Shown: positions 1 through 9,654 of the stretch, piece by piece
Layout: every line of letters starts with the position of its first letter
Numbering within the stretch: position 1 is the stretch's first letter
Origin: Bdellovibrionales bacterium
GTDB lineage: Bacteria; Bdellovibrionota; Bdellovibrionia; Bdellovibrionales; DASUEL01
Direction: 5' to 3'
NCBI GenBank assembly: GCA_050250255.1
Contig: JBFWOZ010000039.1
Span: forward strand, 1-27,278
DNA length: 27,278 bases
Made by a program: the position numbers and the translations under genes
The notes under the pieces: generated by a model
Database searches by the model: none
The model's input: the letters and a program-made list of their open reading frames with translations, nothing else
What the model was told of the DNA's origin: nothing

Positions 1-1128
1 ACCCATACCATTTTCGCGAATACGTATTGGTAAATCACTCTGTACGAAGTCAAAAGCTTCATCTTTAAAAAAAGGTTCCATAGTCATAAGACACGTTTGA
101 TAAAAGAGTTCTTTTACTTCTTCCGATTCCTCTTGCGAAAGGAAACCCATCTTATCTGCGACAACTAAAGATTGCTCACGGTTACGATCAAGGAGTGCAA
201 TAACAAACTGTTTGTAATGCGCGACAAGCTCCGGAGAGAAGGTTTTTGTTGCACCGAAATCAAGTAACACGACTTGGCTTTGATCGCTTTTTCGAATGAG
301 GTAATTTCCAAAATTAGGATCTGTTTGAACCGTGTTCAATTGATAAAATTCTTTTAAGTACAGTTCAAAGATCGCACGGCCAATCTGTTCTCGCTCTTTA
401 TATGGAGACGGGTACTGTAAGTATTTTTTAAAAGATACACCTGACTCTTCACTCATGCAAAGCACTCGATTGGTGGAATACCCTGGGTAATACTGCGGAA
501 CCACAAACCGTGAATCTCCACTTAAAGAATTTTTGAAAAACTGCAGGCACTGCCCTTCACGGACATAATCAACTTCATGCAAAAGCAAAGAACGGATTTC
601 CGCAATCAGCGGATCCACCTCGAGTTCACCCATATACACTTTTGCGAACAAAGAGAGCACGCGTTTCAAAACGGCCACCTCAGAATTCATGGCTAAATCA
701 ATTCCAGGGTATTGAATTTTCAAAACTGCCCTCGTCTCATCCGGTAAAACAACCCGGTGAACCTGCCCAATACTCGCCGCCGCGAGAGCTTCTTGCTCAA
801 AGCGCAGATCTTTCGCACGATCCCCTAACTCTCGTTCAACAATTTTCCACATTTCTTGTGAAGAAAAAGCAGGAACCGCATCTTGAAGTCGTGAAAGAAT
901 AGCTGCAACTTCTGGAGGCAAAAGATGTTCTCCTTGGATCGAAAGCATTTGCCCAAACTTCATCGAGGCGCCCTTGAGCTCTGCAAGAGTCTGGGTAAGC
1001 AATTTTGCTTGCTCAATACGAGTCTGAAGTTTCGTTTTTGCAGCTAAGGTATTAATGACCGACTGGCCAACAACTTTGGCTCCGACTTTTACTAGTTGTC
1101 CTAAGCGTCCCGCTTTTGATGTTTTCAA
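1..1128 (-). CDS. AarF/ABC1/UbiB family atypical protein kinase (3' end runs off the window)
   Basis: Not in the ORF track because there is no stop in the window. Manual translation from TTG at 1128 (AGGAG SD upstream) gives LKGASMKFGQMLS, AASIGQVHR, LKIQYPGI, QTDPNFGNY and LLDFGA, all hallmark ABC1-kinase motifs. Confidence 0.9.
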   Translation of the reverse strand, partial: MKTSKAGRLGQLVKVGAKVVGQSVINTLAAKTKLQTRIEQAKLLTQTLAELKGASMKFGQMLSIQGEHLLPPEVAAILSRLQDAVPAFSSQEMWKIVERELGDRAKDLRFEQEALAAASIGQVHRVVLPDETRAVLKIQYPGIDLAMNSEVAVLKRVLSLFAKVYMGELEVDPLIAEIRSLLLHEVDYVREGQCLQFFKNSLSGDSRFVVPQYYPGYSTNRVLCMSEESGVSFKKYLQYPSPYKEREQIGRAIFELYLKEFYQLNTVQTDPNFGNYLIRKSDQSQVVLLDFGATKTFSPELVAHYKQFVIALLDRNREQSLVVADKMGFLSQEESEEVKELFYQTCLMTMEPFFKDEAFDFVQSDLPIRIRENGMG

Positions 1129-1268
1129 GGGATGACTCCTGAAACTTGATTAAGCCCCTCTTTCTATAAGGGATCAATCGCTCACGCATCGCTCTAGTCT
1201 TATATTTCATGGCCCGTAATTTGTAGCTATCCCCGTTGTTGAACTTATAAATGACTATAGGAGCTCTT

Positions 1269-1613
1269 ATGAAAAAGTTTACGACGATTTTTGGCTTAAT
1301 GGTAATAATCTCAACGGTAACTACCAATGTGCTTGCACAATCAATCAAAAATAGTATCGATGAACAAAGATACGAAGTGCATACCTCATCCTATGCTCCT
1401 CACCCTTTAGCTTTAAGGATAAGAGATGGGTACAATTTTGCTTTTTGTGATTCTGGCGACAAACTCGTTTCCGGCGGATGCGATGCTGTAGGAGTGATTC
1501 AAACCAGTCATCCCTTCTTTAGTGAAGGAAAAGAGGGCTGGAGATGCATTTCACGGTCAGCAGAAGAAAGAAAAAACGAGGTCGGAGTCTTTATTATCTG
1601 CCAGAAAAAATAG
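1269..1613 (+). CDS. Small secreted hypothetical protein with a four-Cys C-terminal domain
   Basis: AGGAG SD before ATG 1269. Signal-peptide-like MKKFTTIFGLMVIISTVTTNVLA. Pattern C-x2-G-x3-VSGGC...S-x-P...GWRC...IIC. Confidence 0.7.
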   Translation: MKKFTTIFGLMVIISTVTTNVLAQSIKNSIDEQRYEVHTSSYAPHPLALRIRDGYNFAFCDSGDKLVSGGCDAVGVIQTSHPFFSEGKEGWRCISRSAEERKNEVGVFIICQKK

Positions 1614-1652
1614 AGTTCTATACTTCTTTAAACGCGAGCAAAAAAACTGCAG

Positions 1653-3047
1653 TTACTTTTTACGACGGAAAATGATCAAGCGGCTTGTGAAACCAAGGGC
1701 CGGGCGAAATCCAGTGGCCTTTAGAATAACACTCGAAGCTTTCACCGGTGCTACAATTCGAACTTCGTTAATTCGCGGAACGAAGAGCATATAAGCCACG
1801 AGGCGAACGAAAGAACTCCCAATAAAGACTAATGAAAATTCATGACCAAAAGAAAGTGGCTGCATGACGATGAAAGCACCTACCATCCCTCCAACTAAAG
1901 CGGCAGAAGTACAAATGATGCTGCTATAACTTGCAACTCGCGCTCTCTCGGAAGGTTTCACCGCATCGAGAAGAAACGTGAACGTGGATAACTCATATCC
2001 CGACCAGATAAAGCCCGAGAACAGCTGGTACATGAATAAAAGGCCTGCATCTTTTGTAAAAGCCCACGGCAAAATAGAAAATGGCAAAAGCAGTCCTGTC
2101 CATGCCACTACTTTTTTCGGACCCAGATTGTCACAAATTTCGCCCCAAAAAGTGGAACTCATCATCTTCGCTAAAGCTACGGCGCTGATAATGCTCACAA
2201 ACGTACTGTAGCTAAATTTTAAATTCTTAAGTAAATACGGTGTGCAATAAGCGGCCGACATGTAGACGGCAAAGTTTACCGATGCCATGTAAAGAATGAG
2301 GCGACCTTCATTTCTTGAAAAAATATTTTTAATAAATACGAAAAATTGATCTAAATCTCCGTTCATAGATTCAAAAGCAGGCTCTGCTTTTCGTGAAAGA
2401 AAAAAGACACTCCCTAAACGGGCAAGAAAAGCCAAAATAAAAACGCAAGCAAATCCATAATACTCTAAATTGGAAGAAGTAAATTGTCTTAGTAGAAAAC
2501 CACCTAGTAACATCGAAACAAATGTCCCCACCGTCACCATACGGTTTCGTTTACCAAAATAAGAGCCGCGCTGTTGAGGCGCAACAAGATCACCAATCCA
2601 ACTATTCCAAACAGGGCCAATCACAAGACCCGACACCGTATACATCACAACAAGCGCGATACAATACTCGAGCTTTATACCTTCTATGAAATAGGCGCCA
2701 AGCAAAGGAAGCAAAAAACAAGCTTGAACGAACGCCATTGTGGCGACCATTTTTCTTCGTGTCTCAAATTTTTTAAGTAATTTTAAAGTAAAAAATTGTG
2801 AGAGCCCCGCCATGAAAGGCGGAAGGCTCACGAGCACCGCGAGTTGAAAATTGTTAGCGCCTAAAAAAACAGCGTAAGCACCAAAATAGGTTTCACCAAG
2901 CCCTACCATCAAACTATAGAAAAATCCGTCATAGAGAGAATAACGAAGTGAATTTTGAATTTGCTCAGATGATGGAGCGGTCCCTTGATGTTCTAAAGAC
3001 GGTTTAAGTTCTTCGGATTGGCGTAAAGCGAGAGCCACAGAGATCAC
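1653..3047 (-). CDS. Major facilitator superfamily transporter
   Basis: About 12 hydrophobic segments. MFS-type loop motifs WGEICDNLGPKK and DLVAPQQRGSYFG. Confidence 0.85.
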   Translation of the reverse strand: MISVALALRQSEELKPSLEHQGTAPSSEQIQNSLRYSLYDGFFYSLMVGLGETYFGAYAVFLGANNFQLAVLVSLPPFMAGLSQFFTLKLLKKFETRRKMVATMAFVQACFLLPLLGAYFIEGIKLEYCIALVVMYTVSGLVIGPVWNSWIGDLVAPQQRGSYFGKRNRMVTVGTFVSMLLGGFLLRQFTSSNLEYYGFACVFILAFLARLGSVFFLSRKAEPAFESMNGDLDQFFVFIKNIFSRNEGRLILYMASVNFAVYMSAAYCTPYLLKNLKFSYSTFVSIISAVALAKMMSSTFWGEICDNLGPKKVVAWTGLLLPFSILPWAFTKDAGLLFMYQLFSGFIWSGYELSTFTFLLDAVKPSERARVASYSSIICTSAALVGGMVGAFIVMQPLSFGHEFSLVFIGSSFVRLVAYMLFVPRINEVRIVAPVKASSVILKATGFRPALGFTSRLIIFRRKK

Positions 3048-3080
3048 CCCAGTAGTTCTATTCTACGATTTTCTGAGGGA

Positions 3081-4499
3081 TTAGAGAAGGTCGCTTGGAC
3101 TCTTTACTTCAATGGGTTCCCATTGTTTTAGCAAAGGACGAACTAGACTTTGGTTAGAAAAAACCAAAACCTTCATGTGTTCAGGACGAAAGTAGGTTTT
3201 GATAACACGATTCACGTCAGCCGCCGAAATGCGGTCTACGTTGTCTTCAAAATCTGTGAGGTAGGAATCAGAGATGCCATAACTTCTTAACAAAAGTAAG
3301 TTGTAAGCCAAACGCTCTGCCGTTTCGAGTGCGCGCCCAAAACCTCCCTGCAAAAATCCCTTAGCGTTTTCTACTTCTGCGGACGTCACACCTTCACTCA
3401 CAAACTTTTTATACACTTTTAAAATTTCATTAATCGCTTCGCTGGCTTTATCATTTCGCGTGAAGGTGGAGATTTCAAATCCTCCCGTGTTCAACATCGC
3501 TTCTAGATCCGACGAAATATGGTAAGTAAGCCCAAGATTATCGCGCACTTGATCTACTAACCGACTGCTAAAACCTTGCCCCAAAATAATATTGGCTAAA
3601 CGCAAAGTTAAAAAATCTTCGTTCGCGCGAGAAATACCTTCATGGCCCATACGAATTTGCGCTTGATTTAAATCTGCCTTATGAACTAAACGAAACTTCA
3701 CACCCTGAATCGGATCTGCTTTTCCGTACTCTAGCGTCTTCACCCTGCGTGAACGCCACGCTTTTAAAGCGTTTTCAAGTTGTATGAGAATTTGATCGGG
3801 ATAGTCGCCTACAACCGCTAAGATAGAATTATTAGGTCGTACATTCTCTAAGTAGAAGCGAATAATCTGTGCTTTTTTAATTTTCGCAACATCTTGCTTT
3901 TTTCCCATTGGCTGACGGCCATAAGGATGAGCGCCATAAAGGTATTCTTGAAAAGCCTGACTCGCAAATTGACTCGCATTATCCACAGCTTGAGTTTGGC
4001 GAGCGAGAATTTGCTTACGTAGCCTTTCAATTTCCACATCTTGAAAAGATGGCTTTGTAATGATCTCAACAAAGTTTTCTAAAACCTTTTCGCGATGGAG
4101 AGACAAACCAGTGGCCGAAAGATAGGTCATATCCGCGTCTGCTGCTGCCGAGAAGTCAGCGCCGATTTGGGCTAAGTCATCCGCAATCTGTGTAGCATTT
4201 CTTTTCTGCGTGCCCTTTTCTAATAGCGCCGCAACCATTTGAGAAGTACCCCACGCACCTGCTTGGTCTCGGGTGTAACCCGACTTAACGAGCATGTGAA
4301 AGCCTATGAGAGGAAGGGAATCATCTTTAATGAGAAGAACGCGAAGGCCATTACTCAACGTGTGCTCCGAGTATGGTCTTAATTTTTTGGGATTGGCTTT
4401 ATGAAGAGTCGTCACGCCTTCAGGCACAGTCGTTTTGTGATCTGCCGTTGTGCAAGAAAAAAGAACCGGAATGAGAAGTACGAATAACCACTTATTCAT
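3081..4499 (-). CDS. M16 (pitrilysin/insulinase) family peptidase, non-catalytic partner subunit, probable lipoprotein
   Basis: TLSNGLRV N-terminal motif. HxxEH is replaced by SQMVAALL. ILGQGFSSRL...RDNLGLTY (R/Y pair) present. Start moved to ATG 4499, which overlaps the upstream stop and gives the lipobox signal MNKWLFVLLIPVLFSC. Confidence 0.88.
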   Translation of the reverse strand: MNKWLFVLLIPVLFSCTTADHKTTVPEGVTTLHKANPKKLRPYSEHTLSNGLRVLLIKDDSLPLIGFHMLVKSGYTRDQAGAWGTSQMVAALLEKGTQKRNATQIADDLAQIGADFSAAADADMTYLSATGLSLHREKVLENFVEIITKPSFQDVEIERLRKQILARQTQAVDNASQFASQAFQEYLYGAHPYGRQPMGKKQDVAKIKKAQIIRFYLENVRPNNSILAVVGDYPDQILIQLENALKAWRSRRVKTLEYGKADPIQGVKFRLVHKADLNQAQIRMGHEGISRANEDFLTLRLANIILGQGFSSRLVDQVRDNLGLTYHISSDLEAMLNTGGFEISTFTRNDKASEAINEILKVYKKFVSEGVTSAEVENAKGFLQGGFGRALETAERLAYNLLLLRSYGISDSYLTDFEDNVDRISAADVNRVIKTYFRPEHMKVLVFSNQSLVRPLLKQWEPIEVKSPSDLL

Positions 4500-5871
4500 C
4501 TTTTTTAGCCTCAGGCTCTTGCGGCGCCGGTGCCGTAGGAGCAAACCGCGCCACAACGATTAAATTTCTCTGATTCGTATTCAAATATTTCGCCGCAACT
4601 TTACGCAAAGATTCCGCGGTCACATTAAAATAATGATCTAGATCTTTAAAAAGAAACTCGTAGGATCCTAACACGATTTCATTGTAAGCGAGCGCCATCG
4701 CTTTCCCATTTACCGTACGTAAAGCATCCACATAGTTTCTCATGACTTGATTGCGCGCTTTTTCCATTTCTTTTGGTGTGACTAGCTTGTTACGTAAATC
4801 CCACATTTGAGAGTAGGCCGTTTGCAAAGCTTGGTCATGGCTTCCACCTGGTTTTAGCTGCATCAACACCTGAAACACTCCAGGCCCCATAGCTCCAGAA
4901 TGTTGAACGCCTACTGCAGAAGCAACCTGCTGGTCGTACACTAATTTTTTATAAAGACGGCTTGAACTTCCTTCTCCAAAAACGCCCGCTAAGATGTCGA
5001 GGTCATAATAGTCAGGATGGCCCGCCGGTACGGTCTTAAAAGCAATAGAGATACTTTCATTCTGTACCTGCTTAGAGACATTCCGCTGTCTCATACTCGT
5101 CTGGGGAGGCTCTTCAGGAAGTTTTTTAGCCACAAAAGGATGCGAAGGAATTCCGTTATAATATTTTTGAATTAAACGTAAGGCCTCATCTGAAGCAAAA
5201 TCTCCCGCTACAACAATGACGGCGTTGCTTGGCGAATAATACTTCGTAAAAAACTCTCTACACTTTTCTACGGTAATACGGTCAAGATCTGCCATCCATC
5301 CAATGATAGGCCAACGATAAGGATGTTGGCGAAACACGGTAGAATAGGTCGCCTCACTGAGAAGACCCATTGGACTGTCTTCCACACGATAACGACGTTC
5401 CTCTTTTACAACTTCTCTCTCGCTTTTGAGGTTGGCTTCAGAGATCTGAAGGTTGGCCATACGATCGGATTCCAAATCGATAATCAATTCTAACTTATGA
5501 CTTGGTAGAGTCGCGTGGTAGGCCGTAAAATCACGTGTAGTAAATGCGTTGTGACTTGCGCCATTAGCCGCTAATAACCGGTCAAAGGTTTTTCCATCGT
5601 ACCGTTTTGCACCTTTGAACATCATGTGTTCAAACAAATGAGCAATTCCCGTATATCCTATCTCTTCGTCTTTTGAACCCACGCGAAACCAAGTGTGATA
5701 ACTGACAAGTGGTGCTGACTTATCCTCATGTAAAAGAATAGTGAGCCCATTTGCCAAGGTATGTTTTTTCACATCAATTTTAACTTTTATTTTCTGATTT
5801 TCTTTTACAGGCGTTGCAAAAGAATGAGAAGCGCAGAATAAAGAAGCAAACAATATAAGTTTAAGAGTCAC
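4492..5871 (-). CDS. M16 family zinc metallopeptidase, catalytic subunit, with signal peptide
   Basis: GIAHLFEHMMFKG (HxxEH), NAFTTRDFT and EREVVKEERR motifs. Signal peptide MTLKLILFASLFCASHSFA. GGAG upstream of the GTG start. Confidence 0.95.
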   Translation of the reverse strand: MTLKLILFASLFCASHSFATPVKENQKIKVKIDVKKHTLANGLTILLHEDKSAPLVSYHTWFRVGSKDEEIGYTGIAHLFEHMMFKGAKRYDGKTFDRLLAANGASHNAFTTRDFTAYHATLPSHKLELIIDLESDRMANLQISEANLKSEREVVKEERRYRVEDSPMGLLSEATYSTVFRQHPYRWPIIGWMADLDRITVEKCREFFTKYYSPSNAVIVVAGDFASDEALRLIQKYYNGIPSHPFVAKKLPEEPPQTSMRQRNVSKQVQNESISIAFKTVPAGHPDYYDLDILAGVFGEGSSSRLYKKLVYDQQVASAVGVQHSGAMGPGVFQVLMQLKPGGSHDQALQTAYSQMWDLRNKLVTPKEMEKARNQVMRNYVDALRTVNGKAMALAYNEIVLGSYEFLFKDLDHYFNVTAESLRKVAAKYLNTNQRNLIVVARFAPTAPAPQEPEAKKDE

Positions 5872-5906
5872 GTGATGCCTTCTCCCAGATACGTGTTAAC
5901 TCTTAA

Positions 5907-5935
5907 AGTTTGTACCCGCAGAGGACTTCTGTCAA
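5907..5935 (-). promoter_or_regulatory. Putative sigma70 promoter for the M16-M16-MFS unit
   Basis: Minus strand TTGACA (5935-5930), 17-nt spacer, then CAAACT (5912-5907). Confidence 0.45.
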
Positions 5936-5955
5936 CGGGAGGGGCCCAGGTGAGG

Positions 5956-6480
5956 CTACTGAACTACGAACTCGTTAAAGTAGATATCTCGAATCATCCC
6001 TGTTTTGAGCTGACGAGAGACGATCGTTGTAATCTGATCTTTTAAAGTGAGTTTCCCTTGAATGGATTCAATATCAATAAAGGTTTTTCCGTTTAGAAGT
6101 CGGCCGATTTCATCTCGCGGCTGAGCCCCAAGCTGAACAAGTTCTTCAAAACCCTTTTCATCCATCAACTCAAAGCTCATGGTAGCGCGAATGGTTCTAC
6201 GAGGTTGACCTGACAGATTGACCGTAAAAGACTCCATTGTGTAAACAATAGGATCTTCTTCTCCCTTATGTTCTTTTGCTTTTGCGAGCTTTTCTGCTTC
6301 AGATTCTTCTGTAATAGGCGTTCTTTTAAATCCAAGAGTAGACATATAGACAAGAGCAGCCCCCCCGCCGACTGTAACGACGTTCACAACCAAGAAGAGC
6401 ACGGTAAGGAGGGTTTTAACTGGCATGCCCTTCTTTGGCTCAGCCGTCCCTTCTGGTTTTTTTTCTGCTGCCTTTTCCAT
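5956..6480 (-). CDS. fliL: Flagellar basal body-associated protein FliL
   Basis: Single N-terminal TM helix ending GGGAAL, then FTVNL, RDEI...L and C-terminal IYFNEFVVQ, typical of FliL. Start ATG 6480 preferred over 6513. Confidence 0.9.
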   Translation of the reverse strand: MEKAAEKKPEGTAEPKKGMPVKTLLTVLFLVVNVVTVGGGAALVYMSTLGFKRTPITEESEAEKLAKAKEHKGEEDPIVYTMESFTVNLSGQPRRTIRATMSFELMDEKGFEELVQLGAQPRDEIGRLLNGKTFIDIESIQGKLTLKDQITTIVSRQLKTGMIRDIYFNEFVVQ

Positions 6481-6643
6481 AATAAATCTATCGGTAACAA
6501 GACCAAAGACCATAAGAAAAAAGTGAGTGAAGGCAAGAGCTTCTCAAACTAAGACGAAGGTCTGATAACTCATATTATTAGAAGCTTGTGAGATTGATGT
6601 TTAGCATTCAAATCTCATAATGGAACATCTTTAAGAAGATGTT

Positions 6644-6832
6644 TTAGGCGATATCGTCAATCGCAAACGTTTCAACATTATCTGCTGAATCTGGAAGCGT
6701 GCTTGCATGATCTTTAATGTCTTTTTCCTGGAGAACTTTGTATTTCAAGTTCCACTCAAGGAGACGTGCATCAAAGCGAAGATGAGTTTTAAACTTATCG
6801 GATTTTGTATTGTTATTTGCGTCGTTTTTCAT
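6644..6832 (-). CDS. Small hypothetical protein (62 aa)
   Basis: GGAG SD before ATG 6832. Co-oriented with neighbours. FDARLLEWNLK...LPDSADNVE looks like a real small soluble protein. Confidence 0.65.
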   Translation of the reverse strand: MKNDANNNTKSDKFKTHLRFDARLLEWNLKYKVLQEKDIKDHASTLPDSADNVETFAIDDIA

Positions 6833-6901
6833 AAAGGCTCCCATGCAAGTATTGGGTCTAACATAGAACAGACTCAGACACAAGCCATGGTAACTTCGAG
6901 C

Positions 6902-7651
6902 CTAATTCCAGTATTTCGGCTGCTCTTTGTCGTTATTTACAACAAGCTTCAGTTTTCCTCTGCCTGCTTTGGACTGGCGCCTCTGAATCCTTGTCCAAGT
7001 GATCAAAAAGAGAAAGCCCGTGATTAATCCCCCCAGGTGGGCGAGGTTGGCCACATTACTGCCACCGACACCGTTATTGAGGAGCATGACGACTTCAATG
7101 CCCCCAAGAATCATAACGAAAATTCGCGCCTTCATAGGGAATACAAAAAAGAAATAAACCGTTCTCTCGCCAAAAATAATTCCGTAAGCGAGCATAAGAC
7201 CAAAAATTGCCCCTGACGCCCCTACAACAGGAGTAAAGAGAGGCTGAACCTTTTCCGTCGCGAGCGAGAAAACCAAAATGGCAATAGTATAAAGAACCGC
7301 GGCGCCTACCCCACAAACGATGTAGTAGAGCGTAAAAAACCGTTTTCCCCACTGTTGTTCAAGTTCGGAACCTAACCACCAAAGGAGGAGCATATTAAAG
7401 AGAATGTGAGTGATGCCATCGGTGGAGTGCAAAAACATGTAAGTCAATGGCTGCCAAACAAAGAATTTTGTAATGAGAAGCTCAGGGATCAAACCAAAAA
7501 AAGTTGTAAGCTGTTGTTCTTTTAAAAAATACTGCTCGACGATCACTTGCCCGATAAGCCAGATACCAACATGAGCGATCATGAGCTTTTTCACAACCGG
7601 AGTGAAGGGAACCGACATTTGCATTTGCGGACCAGCTCCTCTAAACCCCAT
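6902..7651 (-). CDS. Rhomboid family intramembrane serine protease
   Basis: WQPLTYMFLH, HILFNML, catalytic GASG and AHLGG motifs. Confidence 0.95.
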   Translation of the reverse strand: MGFRGAGPQMQMSVPFTPVVKKLMIAHVGIWLIGQVIVEQYFLKEQQLTTFFGLIPELLITKFFVWQPLTYMFLHSTDGITHILFNMLLLWWLGSELEQQWGKRFFTLYYIVCGVGAAVLYTIAILVFSLATEKVQPLFTPVVGASGAIFGLMLAYGIIFGERTVYFFFVFPMKARIFVMILGGIEVVMLLNNGVGGSNVANLAHLGGLITGFLFLITWTRIQRRQSKAGRGKLKLVVNNDKEQPKYWN

Positions 7652-8057
7652 GTCTCTCCTCGCTCAACTCAAGCAATGTGCCACTTGTACTTGCTGGGTG
7701 CACAAAGGCCACGTAACAGCCCTTCGCTCCCGGCTTTGCCGTTTCATTCACTAGACGAAAACCTTTTTCTTTTAAAACTTTTAAATCTTGATCAATGCTT
7801 TTTGTACGAACACAGATGTGATGAATTCCTTCACCACGCTTTTCGATAAATTTTGCGACAGGGCTATCATCGCTGGTGGCTTCTAAAAGTTCGATATGAA
7901 CGTTGTTCAAAAAACTAATGAACCCCACGCGCACTTTTTCCGAAGGCACTTCCTCTATTGTTGGCTCTGTCCATCCCAGCGCTCGATAAAATTCAAAAGC
8001 CTTTTTAATGGACCGAACCGCGATCGCAATATGTTCGATTTCGTATTGTGGAGTCAT
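7641..8057 (-). CDS. mce: Methylmalonyl-CoA epimerase (VOC fold)
   Basis: IEHIAIAV, IELLE, FIEKRGEGIHHI, AFVHPASTSGTLLEL. Start ATG 8057 lies just after the HIT gene stop. Confidence 0.9.
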   Translation of the reverse strand: MTPQYEIEHIAIAVRSIKKAFEFYRALGWTEPTIEEVPSEKVRVGFISFLNNVHIELLEATSDDSPVAKFIEKRGEGIHHICVRTKSIDQDLKVLKEKGFRLVNETAKPGAKGCYVAFVHPASTSGTLLELSEERHGV

Positions 8058-8064
8058 TTCAATA

Positions 8065-8679
8065 TCATCCCTTGAAATAGGGTAACAAACGCTCATAGGT
8101 CTGCTCAAGTGTTTCAGAGATGACCTTGGTCTTGGCAATCAAAGGAAAGAAATTAGCGTCCCCTAACCAGCGAGGAACGATATGAACATGAAGATGCCCC
8201 GGAATCCCTGCGCCACCAGCAGCTCCCAGGTTTATTCCCACATTCATTCCGTCAGGCGGTTTACGATAGGACTTGCGCAAAGCATTAATTGAGTGACGAA
8301 CGAGATTCATTACGTCGGCCATTTCTTCTTCTTTGAGCTCTGTGAGATCGCCGATGTGCCTTTTAGGTAAAACCATCACATGACCGTTGTTGTAGGGAAA
8401 CCGATTCATCACCGCAAAAGAGTGTTTCTGAGTCGCCAAAATTAAAGACTCAGAGCTTTCCCCTAATTTTTGGAGATAACAAAACACACATTCGTCATTG
8501 TGCTGACCTTTATTAGGACTTGTGAGGTACTCCAGACGCTCTGGTCGCCAAAGAATGTCTCTTTTATCAGGAGACATTTCGGTGAGTTGATCCTTCATCG
8601 ATTTTTTAGATGATAATTTTTTTGCTTTTTTTGAGGTTTTTACTGATTTCGAAGATTTTTTCTTTGTTGTTTTACTCAT
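8065..8679 (-). CDS. HIT family nucleotide hydrolase (Ap4A phosphorylase-like) with Lys-rich N-terminal tail
   Basis: CVFC zinc motif, NRFPYNNGHVMVLP, GMNVGINLGAAGGAGI, histidine triad HLHVH, PRWLGDANF. Confidence 0.92.
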   Translation of the reverse strand: MSKTTKKKSSKSVKTSKKAKKLSSKKSMKDQLTEMSPDKRDILWRPERLEYLTSPNKGQHNDECVFCYLQKLGESSESLILATQKHSFAVMNRFPYNNGHVMVLPKRHIGDLTELKEEEMADVMNLVRHSINALRKSYRKPPDGMNVGINLGAAGGAGIPGHLHVHIVPRWLGDANFFPLIAKTKVISETLEQTYERLLPYFKG

Positions 8680-8697
8680 TGTTCGTCAGCACTTCTG

Positions 8698-9645
8698 TTA
8701 GTGAGAAAAAGCTCTTACCGCACCCGAATAGATGAGGAGAGGTTGACCGCTCAATTTCAATTGCAAGAAGTCATCGATCATCTGACGCGCGATTTGAGCC
8801 GTCGACTCGGCTTCTTCCTCATTCATCTCTTCTAAAAACTCAAAAAGATTACGTGGAGTTCTAGGGATTTCGAAAACTTCAGGATCTTCTCCTAGTTGCG
8901 CCATCTCTGAGGCTTTCGCAATCGCATCTTTAAAAGATCCGAGTTGATCTACAAGGCCTGACTCTTGAGCCATTTTCCCTGTAAGAATACGTCCGTCGGC
9001 CAGAGTGTTTACTTTTTCTAAAGTGAGCTTACGACCATCTGCCACCGCTTTTTTAAATTGCATGTAAACATCGTTGATCACCGTTTGCAGGAGCGCCTTT
9101 TCATCAGGGCGCATAGGACGATAATCTGCACCAATATCTTTAAATGGACCGGTCTTGATTGAGTAACGTTCGACTTTTGCCCACGAATAGAGGTCTTTCA
9201 AATTGATAAACTCCATGATCACACCAATAGAACCAATTAAGGATCCTGGTTGGGCAATCACAAAGTCCGCGCCGGCGGCTGCATAATAAGCTCCACTGGC
9301 CGCTAAAGACTCCACCGACATCACAACAGGGAGCTTATATTTCTCACGCGTGTGTTTGATTTCTTCATAAATTTCCTGACTTGGGCCTACAGCACCGCCA
9401 GGAGAATTCACACGGATAACAATGGCTTTGATGTTTTCGTCTTCTCGATATTTTTTTAATTTTTTTACGAAGGATTTGCTCTCGAGAATCACGCCACTTA
9501 AATCCATGGCAAGAATGCCAGGCTTATCGACACGCACTTCTTTTCTTTGCAAAAGAGAGACGCAAGAACCGCCCAAAAATAAAATGCTCCCGCCAAAAAA
9601 CAGGAGCATAGCAATCGCTATATAAGACCAAGGAGACTTCTTCAA
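8698..9645 (-). CDS. sppA: Signal peptide peptidase SppA (S49, 36K type)
   Basis: RVNSPGG, AASGAYY, IGSIGV, KTGPFKD and DGRILTG motifs. N-terminal TM segment. AGGAG before the TTG start. Confidence 0.95.
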   Translation of the reverse strand: MKKSPWSYIAIAMLLFFGGSILFLGGSCVSLLQRKEVRVDKPGILAMDLSGVILESKSFVKKLKKYREDENIKAIVIRVNSPGGAVGPSQEIYEEIKHTREKYKLPVVMSVESLAASGAYYAAAGADFVIAQPGSLIGSIGVIMEFINLKDLYSWAKVERYSIKTGPFKDIGADYRPMRPDEKALLQTVINDVYMQFKKAVADGRKLTLEKVNTLADGRILTGKMAQESGLVDQLGSFKDAIAKASEMAQLGEDPEVFEIPRTPRNLFEFLEEMNEEEAESTAQIARQMIDDFLQLKLSGQPLLIYSGAVRAFSH

Positions 9646-9654
9646 CGCGTCTCC

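Noticed and set aside
642..1348. Track ORFs 642-902 (+) and 1052-1348 (-)
   Set aside because: They overlap the ABC1 kinase and the 1269-1613 gene in other frames and have no recognisable features.
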